Shown: positions 31,332-40,592, numbered from the stretch's first letter. The stretch: DNA of 64,000 bases from an uncultured Chlamydiae bacterium (GCA_963697995.1 OY969110.1:158876-222875), one strand, 5' to 3'. Notes: generated from the letters alone by a model not told the origin. Made by a program: numbers and translations.

Positions 31332-32457
31332 TCGGCCCTGAAAAAGTCCTCTCCAATAAAAAGTGCCCCCTTTGGACAAAAAAGGCGTTTTACTCCTCAC
31401 CAAACCCCGCAAGGGGGTTTAGATCGTCGTTCACCGCTTTTTTTGTTGCAAAAGGATCACTTTTTCTTTGGAGAGTGCGTGTTCTATTCGCGAAATTTTT
31501 AAGCTTTTCTCATTGTCATATAATTATACCTTGCAAAATAGGCTATGTCTCTCTTCCTCGTTAACTGCAAATTTTTCTCAAGGAACCCTTACTTTTTCAG
31601 GGCCGACTAAATAGTCGACCCTGAAAAAGTCCTCTCCAATAAAAAGTGTCCCTTTGGACAAAAAAGGCGTTTTACTCCTCACCAAACCTTGACAAGGGGG
31701 TGAACCGTCGTTCACCGCTTTTTTTGTTGCAAAAGGATCACTTTTTCTTTGGAGAGTGCGTGTTCTATTCGCGAAATTTTTAAGCTTTTCTCATTGTCAT
31801 ATAATTATACCTTGCAAAATAGGCTATGTCTCTCTTCCTCGTTAACTGCAAATTTTTCTCAAGGAACCCTTACTTTTTCAGGGCCGACTAAATAGTCGGC
31901 CCTGAAAAAGTCCTCTCCAATAAAAAGTGTCCCTTTGGACAAAAAAGGCGTTTTACTCCTCACCAAACCTTGACAAGGGGGTGAACCGTCGTTCACCGCT
32001 TTTTTTGTTGCAAAAGGATCACTTTTTCTTTGGAGAGTGCGTGTTCTATTCGCGAAATTTTTAAGCTTTTCTCATTGTCATATAATTAAACCTTGCAAAA
32101 TAGGGTATGTCGCTCTTCCTCGTTAACTGCAAATTTTTCTCAAGGAACCCTTACTTTTTCAGGACCGACTAAATAGTCGACCCTGAAAAAGTCCTCTCTA
32201 ATAAAAAGTGCCCCTTTTGACAAAAAAGGCGTTTTACTCCTCACCAAACCTTGGCAAGGGGGTGAACCGTCGTTCACCGCTTTTTTTGTTGCAAAAGGAT
32301 CACTTTTTCTTTGGAGAGTGCGTGTTCTATTCGCGAAATTTTTAAGCTTTTCTCATTGTCATATAATTAAACCTTGCAAAATAGGGTATGTCTCTCTTCC
32401 TCGTTAACTGCAAATTTTTCTCAAGGAACCCTTACTTTTTCAGGACCGACTAAATAG
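31326..32457. repeat. Tandem array of four ~281-283-bp units with 19-bp terminal inverted repeats, ORF-free
   Basis: Unit starts (aaatagtcg) are at 31326, 31609, 31890 and 32171, with the closing copy of the motif at 32452. Each junction forms the palindrome actttttcagggccgacta-aa-tagtcggccctgaaaaagt. No ORF of 60 aa or more occurs in any frame. Confidence 0.95.
31699..31725 (+). terminator. Intrinsic-terminator-like hairpin inside repeat unit 2, also present in units 3 and 4
   Basis: ggtgaac-cgtc-gttcacc is followed by gcttttttt. The same element sits at 31980..32006 and 32261..32287. Unit 1 carries aaacccc-gcaa-ggggttt at this position instead. Confidence 0.45.
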
Positions 32458-32467
32458 GCCATTAGAT

Positions 32468-33715
32468 TTAAGTCGTTCCCATGATGATATCGTAATGGGA
32501 ATGAAGGCAGCCCGTTTGGATGAGCAGCTCGACAACTAGTGAAAAAAGGAAAAATAGAAAGGTCACTACAAGAAGGGGCTTTCCTCCAAAAAAAGGTTTA
32601 GCTCCTTTGTATTTCACAAAGTAAAGGGCTGACCAGACCATCAAAACAGGGATCATCCCATTTAGCAGGGAGTCTCCTAGACCTCCTGAAATATCTAAAG
32701 CTGCTATAAAAGCATTTTCAAATTTAGCGACAAAAAAGAGTGTTGGAAGAGCTATAAGGGCTCCTAAAAAAACTTTACCAAGCCCTTTTTTGGGAATTTT
32801 TAATCCGTCTGATAAAAAATCGAATAATCCCATCGTAATCCCCAAAAATGAGGTCGTAATCGCAAAAAATGAGAAAAATTCGGCGACCTTTGAAAGAATC
32901 CCCACTCCGACATGCTCGCTTAAATAAAGAGTTGCAGGATGGTTGTTACAAAGAGCTTGCCTTAAACCAAAATCCCCCTCAACAGGAATAATACCTAAAA
33001 TAAGCATTTGCCAAAGGGCATAAATGAGGAATGCTAAAAGAGTCCCCCCAATAATGCTCCCATAAAGAGCTTTACGATTGCGGTTTAAGTAAGGAGTTAA
33101 ACTCGGCACCATTGTTTGAAAACTAAACGAGGTTAAAAAAAAGGGAAGCCCCATTAACGATGAGGACCAAAGTTGCCCCTTAAGAAGTGAAGGTTTCACT
33201 TCGGAAAGACCTGAAGCCACAAGAAGAGCATAAGCCAAAACCATCGCAATAAACAAAATGGAATTGACTCTTCCTAAAATATTTTGCCCCATGTAGATGA
33301 AGGCGCCAAAGAAAAATAAAAAACAAGCAGCTCCTAAATCTTTTGAAAGCGAAAAATCGAATGTTTTTTTAGCAACTAAAGAAAGATGGGAGCCAGCTCC
33401 TGCAGTATATGCGACATTTGAAGCAAAGCAGATAAACAAATACAACACCCAACTTAAAGCCTTTCCCCAAAAACCCAAAAGACGATCTGTCATCGTTATG
33501 ACATGCACCCCCTCTTCCATCCAAAGGCTCACTTCGACAAGCATCAAGGCAGTGACTGTCATAAAAAAACAACAAATAGCCATCATCACAAGTGAGGGAA
33601 AAAAACCGCTAAACCCGGTCACCATCGGAAGAGCCAACATGCCCCCTCCAATCGTCGTTCCACCAACTAAAAAAAGGGCTGACAAAAATTTCGAAATACT
33701 CACGTCTTTTAACAT
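32468..33715 (-). CDS. tyrP: Aromatic amino acid permease, HAAAP family, TyrP/Mtr-like
   Basis: 415 aa with about 11 TM segments. The N-terminus GGTTIGGGMLALP is typical of TyrP/Mtr/TnaB. Confidence 0.8.
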   Translation of the reverse strand: MLKDVSISKFLSALFLVGGTTIGGGMLALPMVTGFSGFFPSLVMMAICCFFMTVTALMLVEVSLWMEEGVHVITMTDRLLGFWGKALSWVLYLFICFASNVAYTAGAGSHLSLVAKKTFDFSLSKDLGAACFLFFFGAFIYMGQNILGRVNSILFIAMVLAYALLVASGLSEVKPSLLKGQLWSSSLMGLPFFLTSFSFQTMVPSLTPYLNRNRKALYGSIIGGTLLAFLIYALWQMLILGIIPVEGDFGLRQALCNNHPATLYLSEHVGVGILSKVAEFFSFFAITTSFLGITMGLFDFLSDGLKIPKKGLGKVFLGALIALPTLFFVAKFENAFIAALDISGGLGDSLLNGMIPVLMVWSALYFVKYKGAKPFFGGKPLLVVTFLFFLFSLVVELLIQTGCLHSHYDIIMGTT

Positions 33716-34467
33716 AAAAACTCTAACACTTTTTTTACCTCTTCAACGCTCTTTAAGGTGAATTGAGCATGGGTATCTCTCATCTCATCTAAAACAGCAA
33801 ATGAAACGCCGCCTCTCTTTTTTACAACCAAAAAAGCATCCTCATCGGTGATATCATCGCCTATAAAAAGAGGACAAACGTCGCTTCCCTCAAGTTGCAT
33901 CACCTCTAATAACCACAAAAGAGCTTTCCCCTTATCCCATGTGATATTTGGCAAAAACTCAACAACTTTTTTACCCTCTTTCACTTGAAGCTTAGGAAAT
34001 TTCTTCTTTAATTGATCAATTTTTTTAAAGAAGGGGGTTAACTCCTCTTCAGGGATCAATCGGTAATGGATCGCAACTGAACACGCCTTGACTTCAATAC
34101 CCTTTAAATCCAAATTGTTCGCTTCTTTCGCCAGAGCTTCTAAGAGTAAAGACCACTCATCCCCTTTTTGAAGCATGCAAAAAGAATGAAATGGACCCAT
34201 GATATCAAAACCATGAGATCCCGCATAGTAAATTCGATTAATTCCCACAAGTTGTTCGACATTACTTCGATCTCGCCCTGAAATAATACCCATTGGATAT
34301 TTCAAAGCCAATTTTGAAAGAAGGTTTTTGATTTCAGGATCTAACAAAGCAAGTTCTGGCTTTGGAGCAATCGGTGTTAGAGTGCCGTCGTAATCTAAAA
34401 AAAGAGCTATCTGTTTATAAGAGGAAAGAATGGAGACCACTTGATCCCAAGAGGAGATGCCATTCAT
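33709..34467 (-). CDS. otsB: Trehalose-6-phosphate phosphatase (HAD superfamily)
   Basis: FLDYDGTLTPI, GSHG and GDDITDEDAF motifs. Confidence 0.8.
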   Translation of the reverse strand: MNGISSWDQVVSILSSYKQIALFLDYDGTLTPIAPKPELALLDPEIKNLLSKLALKYPMGIISGRDRSNVEQLVGINRIYYAGSHGFDIMGPFHSFCMLQKGDEWSLLLEALAKEANNLDLKGIEVKACSVAIHYRLIPEEELTPFFKKIDQLKKKFPKLQVKEGKKVVEFLPNITWDKGKALLWLLEVMQLEGSDVCPLFIGDDITDEDAFLVVKKRGGVSFAVLDEMRDTHAQFTLKSVEEVKKVLEFLC

Positions 34468-35417
34468 TGAAAGTAGATTTTATTTTGAGGCGATTTTTTA
34501 AGCGCTTGGACATTTGGGGTGAATCGATCCACATCGCGAATAAGAACGGAGGTCTTATGGGCTTCAGTTGTGTATTTTTTTCCCCCTTCGCAATAGATGA
34601 TTTCCCCTTCAACCTCAGCAACTAAGTGATTCTTATTCCAACTGCCCCCCATCTTTTCAATTCGGACCTCTGCAATATTAAACTCAGTCTGCTTGTTTAA
34701 AGGCTCGACGACGATGAGAAGCTTGTGATCGCTATTTCTCTTCTCAACAATCATTCTAAACTGAGCGCCCCCTTCCTGAACCAGGGTCTCTCCCTCTTTC
34801 AAACACAAACCGTGAGATCGAAAAAACGCCTCTTGATCGAGAGCTTTTGTCTTTGTCAAAAATTTTTCGAAAAGTCCATCCTCTTTTTGCCCTTGAGGAA
34901 TCACAGGGCTAAACATCAAAACGGCCCCTTCAGAGGCGTTTAAACCAACCCAGGCGATCGACACATCCTCTTTTTTAGGTCCCTTTAATCGAACCATCCA
35001 GGCAGGGTAGGGCCCAAACATCAACCTCTTGGAGTTCAATATTTGAAATCCCTTATCTTTCATCTCTTTGATAAGCTCCTTATCCCCTTCGAGAATAGCC
35101 CCCTTCTGATGAATATTTTGACTGACCTGAATATTAATAATTTCTTCTTTTAGAGACTGAGGATTTTTAAAAAACTCTTCCAATACTGAAGGTTTTCCCC
35201 AAAAAAGGGGCTTTGAAATAGAAGGGGGCCCTTCAGGACTCATGGCGACAAACTCTTTTGGAATTGCAGGCTCCACAGCAAGAGGAGAAAGAAGATCGGG
35301 AAGAAGGGAGCAAATCCGAGGCTTCTCAAACAACTCTTTTTCTTCGGCAAACAAAGGCCAAAAAGTGGAGAGTGTTAACAAAAAAATAGAGTAAAAAGGT
35401 AAAATTTTTAACATCAT
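34464..35417 (-). CDS. Hypothetical secreted or periplasmic protein
   Basis: N-terminal signal-peptide-like segment (ILPFYSIFLLTLSTFWPLFA). Overlaps the otsB start by 4 nt. Confidence 0.55.
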   Translation of the reverse strand: MMLKILPFYSIFLLTLSTFWPLFAEEKELFEKPRICSLLPDLLSPLAVEPAIPKEFVAMSPEGPPSISKPLFWGKPSVLEEFFKNPQSLKEEIINIQVSQNIHQKGAILEGDKELIKEMKDKGFQILNSKRLMFGPYPAWMVRLKGPKKEDVSIAWVGLNASEGAVLMFSPVIPQGQKEDGLFEKFLTKTKALDQEAFFRSHGLCLKEGETLVQEGGAQFRMIVEKRNSDHKLLIVVEPLNKQTEFNIAEVRIEKMGGSWNKNHLVAEVEGEIIYCEGGKKYTTEAHKTSVLIRDVDRFTPNVQALKKSPQNKIYFQ

Positions 35418-35489
35418 ACTTTACTTATAGCGAAACTCTTCTTTATCTTGCAATCTTAACACATCTCTTTCTCTCTTGCTTAAAAAACC

Positions 35490-36605
35490 TTAAACTTTAC
35501 TAAGTTCTGTGTCCCCATTTTTCTTTTTTTTCGCAAAATAGAGAGCTAATCCTCCCACACCAAGAAGAGCTACTCCTCCACCAACAGCGCCTCCAACAAC
35601 TGCCGTTCCAGTAGAGCTTTTTACAGGGGCACTCCCCCCTTTGCCATGTGGTTTAGGAGTGACACTATTGGTCTCGGTTTTTGGCAGAATACTGATCGTA
35701 AAAGTCTTCGATAAAACAGGATACACCTGAGTCGTAGCAGTCACCTCTAAATAAACAGGATTATTTCCCATAGTGCCTTGAAGAACATACCCATTTAAAT
35801 TGTTGTCAAAGGATAAACTAGGAGACAGATCAGCGCTTACCAATTGGCAAGAGATCGTCAAGGGTTGATTTACAGGGCTAAAAAGATAGTCGCTGGTTTC
35901 TCCAATAAATAAATTATAGGTTGACCCAATAAGCAGGTCATACTCGAGCTTTGGGAAGCTTGAACCTGTTTGAGGAAGACTGTCCTGAAAACTCATCACA
36001 TTAGTCTCAAAAGGAATAACGGTCGAGTTTCCCCCTTTGTTTGTTGCACGAAACTCAAAAGGGGTTAACCCATAAGTTGGCATTTGAGTCGTCGCATTCA
36101 AAAGCAACATCCGATAAGTCGTCAAATAATTACTTTGCATCACTGTTAATCCAGGTGGAAGAGCGGTATTATTAGGTCCTGTAATCGTAAAATTCAAATT
36201 CATAAAAGTCGTGCTTTGATCACATACTTGAGGCTGTAGATAAACTGTAGAATCAGCGCAGTTCTCAAAATCTAAGACTTGAGTGGCTACCCCACCTGAA
36301 ACTATTGGAAAAGAGGTTGGAAAAGGCTTACCGGCACTTGAGATATAAGGGGCATACTGGTTGTATGTAAACTGCCTTCTCTCCTTATCCTCAAACCCCA
36401 TCAACTTTCTTTGAAAAGGCATAGGACTACCATTAGAACTTACATCTAATTCTGTACTGCTAGTTATAAGAGCTTGCCTAGCGACATATGTTACAGTAGC
36501 CGTTAAAGCAGCTGCCCCTAAAAGGGAAGCTCCCCCTTTTACATAATCCCACAAAGAGTAAGAGTTGTTATCTTTTATCTCACTAACCATTTTTATCCTC
36601 CTCAA
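35490..36605 (-). CDS. Hypothetical surface or membrane protein, Thr/Ser/Asn-rich with a C-terminal Gly-rich TM anchor
   Basis: N-terminal TM segment. C-terminal AVVGGAVGGGVALLGVGGLALYFAKKKK. Confidence 0.55.
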   Translation of the reverse strand: MRRIKMVSEIKDNNSYSLWDYVKGGASLLGAAALTATVTYVARQALITSSTELDVSSNGSPMPFQRKLMGFEDKERRQFTYNQYAPYISSAGKPFPTSFPIVSGGVATQVLDFENCADSTVYLQPQVCDQSTTFMNLNFTITGPNNTALPPGLTVMQSNYLTTYRMLLLNATTQMPTYGLTPFEFRATNKGGNSTVIPFETNVMSFQDSLPQTGSSFPKLEYDLLIGSTYNLFIGETSDYLFSPVNQPLTISCQLVSADLSPSLSFDNNLNGYVLQGTMGNNPVYLEVTATTQVYPVLSKTFTISILPKTETNSVTPKPHGKGGSAPVKSSTGTAVVGGAVGGGVALLGVGGLALYFAKKKKNGDTELSKV

Positions 36606-36700
36606 ACTTTAAGTTGATTCCCATAAAGGAATTTTTTTTTAAATGAATCAGATCCTAAAAGATATGTGTTTTTTTGACAAGGATTTTTTAATGAATCGTT

Positions 36701-38674
36701 TTACTTTGAAATGAATTCGACATTTTCAGCTGTCACATTTCCAAAGTTTTGTTCGTTTAAACTTTTTTGACCCTTAAGCTTATCGACAACTTTCACTTTG
36801 AGAAGTGATTCTGAACCCCAATTTGAAATAATAGAGCTGTTATCGGGTAAGTAAAATTTATTAGTAAAATCTGTTGAAAGAAAATGGTTTTGATAAACGT
36901 CTAACAAGAGTGGCATATCCCCTAAGCGTCTAATAGACAACACTTCAAAACCTAAGATTCCAAAAAAGCGGTTGTTTAAAATTGAGAGGGAGCCACCTAA
37001 GGTATTAATATCTAGTACTCTTTCAGTAAGAGAGGTGAGGATATTATCCTCAATTTTGATATTTGCTTCTCTGCAATTTAATGAAACAGCCATTCCATTG
37101 GCTTCTATTCTATTTTTATTAATTTCTGCTTTTAAGTCGCTGTCGTACTGATTTAGAAGAATCCCATTGTCAGAGATCTCTTTCATCTCATTACTAGAGA
37201 GATAAAGAGTGGTTTTCCCTCCAAGATTAAAACTCATTCCAAAAGAGGCATTCGAGAAACTGTTATTTTTTGCAATCAAAGAAACTTCCTTTCCACAATT
37301 TGAGAGCAATAAACACTCCTCAGAAATATCATCAAATACGTTATTGATCAGGGTGATATGGGCTTTTGATTGAACTTTTAAGTCGATTCCTCGCTTTAAC
37401 TTTTCAAAAATGCAATTTCTGATAAGATGATTCCCTTTGAGGTTATCAGAATAAATTCCTGTTTCAACTCCGGTTCCTCCAAAGTAAAATCCAGAAATTT
37501 CGTTATCCTCTGTCAAAGTAATAAAGGTTTGGATCGTGGCAAGTTGCCTATAAAGAGGAGAACTTGAAGGGATATTGACTCCCTCAAGTGAGTTTTCAGC
37601 AGTTCTAGTCCAAAGCTTTTGCCCTTTTTTAAGAGTCACCTCTTCGAGTAGTCCTCGCTCTGTCGGTCTTACAAAAAAAATATCGTCTTCTCTCGATTTA
37701 AGGGAAGCCAGTTTTAACCTGGTGTAGGGGCTCTCAAAAGTACCTTTTCCGGTTCCAAAAAGATCCTCATCGACAAATAAAAACCTATAAGGCTTATTCG
37801 TTTTTTTATTAATAAACTTCGTTTCGTAATTTTTCTTCTGAACGGGGATGATCTCTTGTTTTTCAATACTCCTTAAGAGGCGACAATCAATGGGACAAGA
37901 GTGACTCCTTTTTCCAAAAGGAAATGAGATCCCGACAACTCCTTGAGCAAGAGTTTTGTAAATCTTATCGTGAGTAAAGATAGCTTCAGCATAAAACAGA
38001 TCAGAAAAACAGAGTTTAATTCGCCCTTTCACCCCTGGAGCGCCACCAAAATGAACACCTTTTTGTTCAGACTTAAAAAGGTAATAAGGAGAGATGGCTG
38101 ACACACCACAAAGCTTTGGAAAACACCATTGAAATTTAGTAAGAGAGAAACGGTAAGCAACTTCTGCCATACAAAAGGAGAGAGGAGTCTCAACTTCTTG
38201 AGTCAAAACACCTTGATGGCCACTAAAACGGCAAAAAGTAGGCGATCCTAAAAAGAACAATTGTTTATTTAAGGCAGAACATAGCTCAAACCGCACATCG
38301 AATTGATCAGCTAAAGCCTCAAGCCCAAAACTTACTTGGTTTATTCCTTTTTGAGAGACCTTTCTGTAGTCGTAGAAGAGATTTGCGCCAAAGATGTAGC
38401 GTTGATTTGTGTTAGGGGCATACCTCAATCCAAGCCCTCCATTGAATGCAGTTTCCCCTTGATTTAAGAAGTGGGCTCTTGCATTGGCTAAACCAAAGAG
38501 GGAATATCTGAGCTCTTGAAGGGCAAAAAGATCTAAAGTGGTATACCCTTTTTCATACCCAATTCCTTGAGTGAAGTGGTATCTGGTATCTAAAAATCCT
38601 TGCATGGAAAATAGGGGATTTAGAAAAAAAATCCCACACATCCCCCATAAAATACGAATCATAACACTCCTCAA
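36701..38674 (-). CDS. Inverse-autotransporter-like outer membrane protein with a parallel beta-helix passenger
   Basis: Signal peptide. The N-terminal ~250 aa match the intimin/invasin beta-domain pattern (FNGGLGLRY, IFGANLFYDY, SFGLEA, VVGISFPFG). The C-terminal part has PbH1-like repeats (NNVFDDIS, KNNSFSN, NKNRIEANG, DNILTS). Confidence 0.65.
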   Translation of the reverse strand: MRSVMIRILWGMCGIFFLNPLFSMQGFLDTRYHFTQGIGYEKGYTTLDLFALQELRYSLFGLANARAHFLNQGETAFNGGLGLRYAPNTNQRYIFGANLFYDYRKVSQKGINQVSFGLEALADQFDVRFELCSALNKQLFFLGSPTFCRFSGHQGVLTQEVETPLSFCMAEVAYRFSLTKFQWCFPKLCGVSAISPYYLFKSEQKGVHFGGAPGVKGRIKLCFSDLFYAEAIFTHDKIYKTLAQGVVGISFPFGKRSHSCPIDCRLLRSIEKQEIIPVQKKNYETKFINKKTNKPYRFLFVDEDLFGTGKGTFESPYTRLKLASLKSREDDIFFVRPTERGLLEEVTLKKGQKLWTRTAENSLEGVNIPSSSPLYRQLATIQTFITLTEDNEISGFYFGGTGVETGIYSDNLKGNHLIRNCIFEKLKRGIDLKVQSKAHITLINNVFDDISEECLLLSNCGKEVSLIAKNNSFSNASFGMSFNLGGKTTLYLSSNEMKEISDNGILLNQYDSDLKAEINKNRIEANGMAVSLNCREANIKIEDNILTSLTERVLDINTLGGSLSILNNRFFGILGFEVLSIRRLGDMPLLLDVYQNHFLSTDFTNKFYLPDNSSIISNWGSESLLKVKVVDKLKGQKSLNEQNFGNVTAENVEFISK

Positions 38675-38730
38675 GGCGCCAAATTCTGATATTAGCTCAG
38701 GGAGTCATTTTTAATAAAGGTCGATGTTTG

Positions 38731-38764
38731 CCCCCACCCCTGCCCATGCCCTTGCCCTCCCCCC
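38731..38764 (-). promoter_or_regulatory. G-quadruplex-type G-tract cluster on the sense strand upstream of the autotransporter gene
   Basis: The minus strand reads GGGGGGAGGGCAAGGGCATGGGCAGGGGTGGGGG: six G-runs of 3 or more with 1-3-nt loops. It lies 57-90 nt upstream of the start codon at 38674. Confidence 0.5.
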
Positions 38765-39091
38765 TAAACTTGCCCTTGGCCGGAAAGCGTCAAACGAGGC
38801 CATGCATAAAAAACCGCGAAGCGGTTGCCGGAGGGGGTAAAGGGGGAACCGCGCAGGGGTTCCCCCTTTAAAGATGCTTTAAGTTGTAACCATCGAAGAA
38901 CAAACTATAATCTCGAATCTTCTTGATCAATTGTAATGATTTCATCTAAGTGGGGAAACCCCTGCGCGGTTTCCCCTTTAAGGGCTTCTATTTTTTGTGA
39001 ATTATAATCAAGAATTTGAAGAGTTTTCACTTTTTAGAAATAAATCTATCCAGAAAAAATGATATGAAACCGCAAGGGCAAGTTTAGGGGG
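38760..39091. repeat. MITE-like element: perfect 19-bp terminal inverted repeats enclosing two mutually inverted GC-rich hairpins
   Basis: ccccctaaacttgcccttg (38760-38778) faces caagggcaagtttaggggg (39073-39091). Internal hairpins lie at 38838-38871 and 38952-38976 (ggggaaaccgcgcaggggtttcccc-type). No ORF is present. Confidence 0.6.
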
Positions 39092-39097
39092 AAGGAA

Positions 39098-40540
39098 CTA
39101 CCCTAAATGAAGAGTCTCATTAGGATCAAGTATGGCCTCTTTCGCCGTCAAAAACGAAACTAAATAAATTGCACACAAACTTAAAATAAAACCGGGCAAC
39201 ATCGAAATCACCTCAACTGAAATCACATACGGGTTCACAAGTGGCCAAACAGCAGCAACAACACCACCAGTTACGATACCAGCAATCGCCCCTTGTCTAT
39301 TCACGGAAGTTGAATAAAGCGATGCCAGCATCAAAGGACCAAATGAACAACCAAGACCTGACCACGCATACTCCACCACCCCCATAATCGTTTGACTCTT
39401 GTTAAAAGCCAAAATCAACGAGATAAGCGCAATTGTTAAAACACTAATCCGGGATGTTAAAAGATCCCTCTTTGAAGAAGTCTCCCCCTTAAAAAATCTC
39501 TTGTAAAAATCCTCGCTTAATGAGGAAGCTGCCACCAAAATTTGAGATGCCATTGTCGAAACCGTCGCCGCTATAATCGCGCAAAGAATAACTCCACCAA
39601 TACCCGATGAAAAGTACGTCTTCACAATCTCAATAAAAAGAAGCTCAGGATTCTCTAAGCTCGGAAATAGCGCTATACTCGATAACCCAATCACGCTAGC
39701 CGCTCCCAAAGACACAATAAGCCACGCCATACCCAAATACTTCGATTTGTAAATCTCGGATGGATCTTTAATCCCCATAAATTTTGTCACAATGTGAGGC
39801 TGCCCCAGATAACCAAGACCCCAACAAGCAAGAGAAATCAATGACACAAATGAAGCTACCGAATAATCAGGCATCACCGAAAGGGAAAGACCCTTATCTG
39901 CTGCCACTTTCGCCACATCCCCCAAATTCGAAACTTCACCGCTCACTACAAATGCCACGAAAACTAACACTCCAAGTAAAAACATCCCTTGAAAAAAGTC
40001 AGTCCACGCAATCGTTGCAAAACCACCGATAAAGACGTAAAACAAAACAACCGCTGTCGCAATCGCAATCCCAACGTAGTAGTCAATACCAAAAACCGAT
40101 TCGAAAAGCTTCCCCATCCCAATCGATCCCGCTGTGATGTAAGCGGTCAAAAAATAAACCGAAATAGCTCCGGTTAAAAGTCTGATAATATGGGATTTGT
40201 CCTGAAATCTCGCTTCGAAAAAACTAGGTAACGTATCTGATGAAAGTCTCTCCGTTTCGCTTCGAAGCCGCTTAGCTATAAACTGCCAATTTAAGGCCAT
40301 TCCCAAAATAAGACCCAAAGCAATACTTGCCTTAGGGGCTCCCCCAATATAAAAAGCTGCCGGAAAACCCATGAAAATCCAGGCACTCATATCACTTGCA
40401 TGAGCACTCAGAGCCGTAAGCCAAAAATTTAACTTTCGATCCCCTACAAAAAAACCAGTATTAGAGGATTGTTTTTGTTTAAAAACAAACCCAATCGCTG
40501 CAAGGGTTAAAAAATATAAAACGAAAGCAAATGCGTACAT
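39098..40540 (-). CDS. putP: Sodium:solute symporter, PutP-like (proline)
   Basis: The N-terminus aligns to E. coli PutP (FFVGDRKLNFWLTALSAHASDMSAWIFMGFP). About 13 TM segments. Confidence 0.8.
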   Translation of the reverse strand: MYAFAFVLYFLTLAAIGFVFKQKQSSNTGFFVGDRKLNFWLTALSAHASDMSAWIFMGFPAAFYIGGAPKASIALGLILGMALNWQFIAKRLRSETERLSSDTLPSFFEARFQDKSHIIRLLTGAISVYFLTAYITAGSIGMGKLFESVFGIDYYVGIAIATAVVLFYVFIGGFATIAWTDFFQGMFLLGVLVFVAFVVSGEVSNLGDVAKVAADKGLSLSVMPDYSVASFVSLISLACWGLGYLGQPHIVTKFMGIKDPSEIYKSKYLGMAWLIVSLGAASVIGLSSIALFPSLENPELLFIEIVKTYFSSGIGGVILCAIIAATVSTMASQILVAASSLSEDFYKRFFKGETSSKRDLLTSRISVLTIALISLILAFNKSQTIMGVVEYAWSGLGCSFGPLMLASLYSTSVNRQGAIAGIVTGGVVAAVWPLVNPYVISVEVISMLPGFILSLCAIYLVSFLTAKEAILDPNETLHLG

Positions 40541-40592
40541 AAGGGGTGATTATACCAGGTTTTTTTTAAAAAAACAACGGTTTTCTCAAGGT

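Noticed and set aside
31545-31610. A 21-codon mini-ORF (MSLFLVNCKFFSRNPYFFRAD*) present in every repeat unit, with one synonymous TCT/TCG difference
   Set aside because: It is too short and has no convincing SD (only AGG 3 nt upstream). One synonymous change against one non-synonymous change (A to T) among the copies gives no selection signal. It is kept as a note under the repeat finding rather than called as a CDS.
31326-32457. Possible CRISPR array, suggested by regularly spaced palindromic repeats
   Set aside because: The whole ~281-bp period is repeated at near identity. There are no unique spacers and no cas genes in the window. It is a tandem repeat, not a CRISPR array.
33709-34467. 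otsB without an adjacent otsA, considered as a possible orphan trehalose-pathway gene
   Set aside because: otsA may lie elsewhere in the genome, and HAD phosphatases are hard to assign precisely by eye. Nothing here is evidently anomalous.
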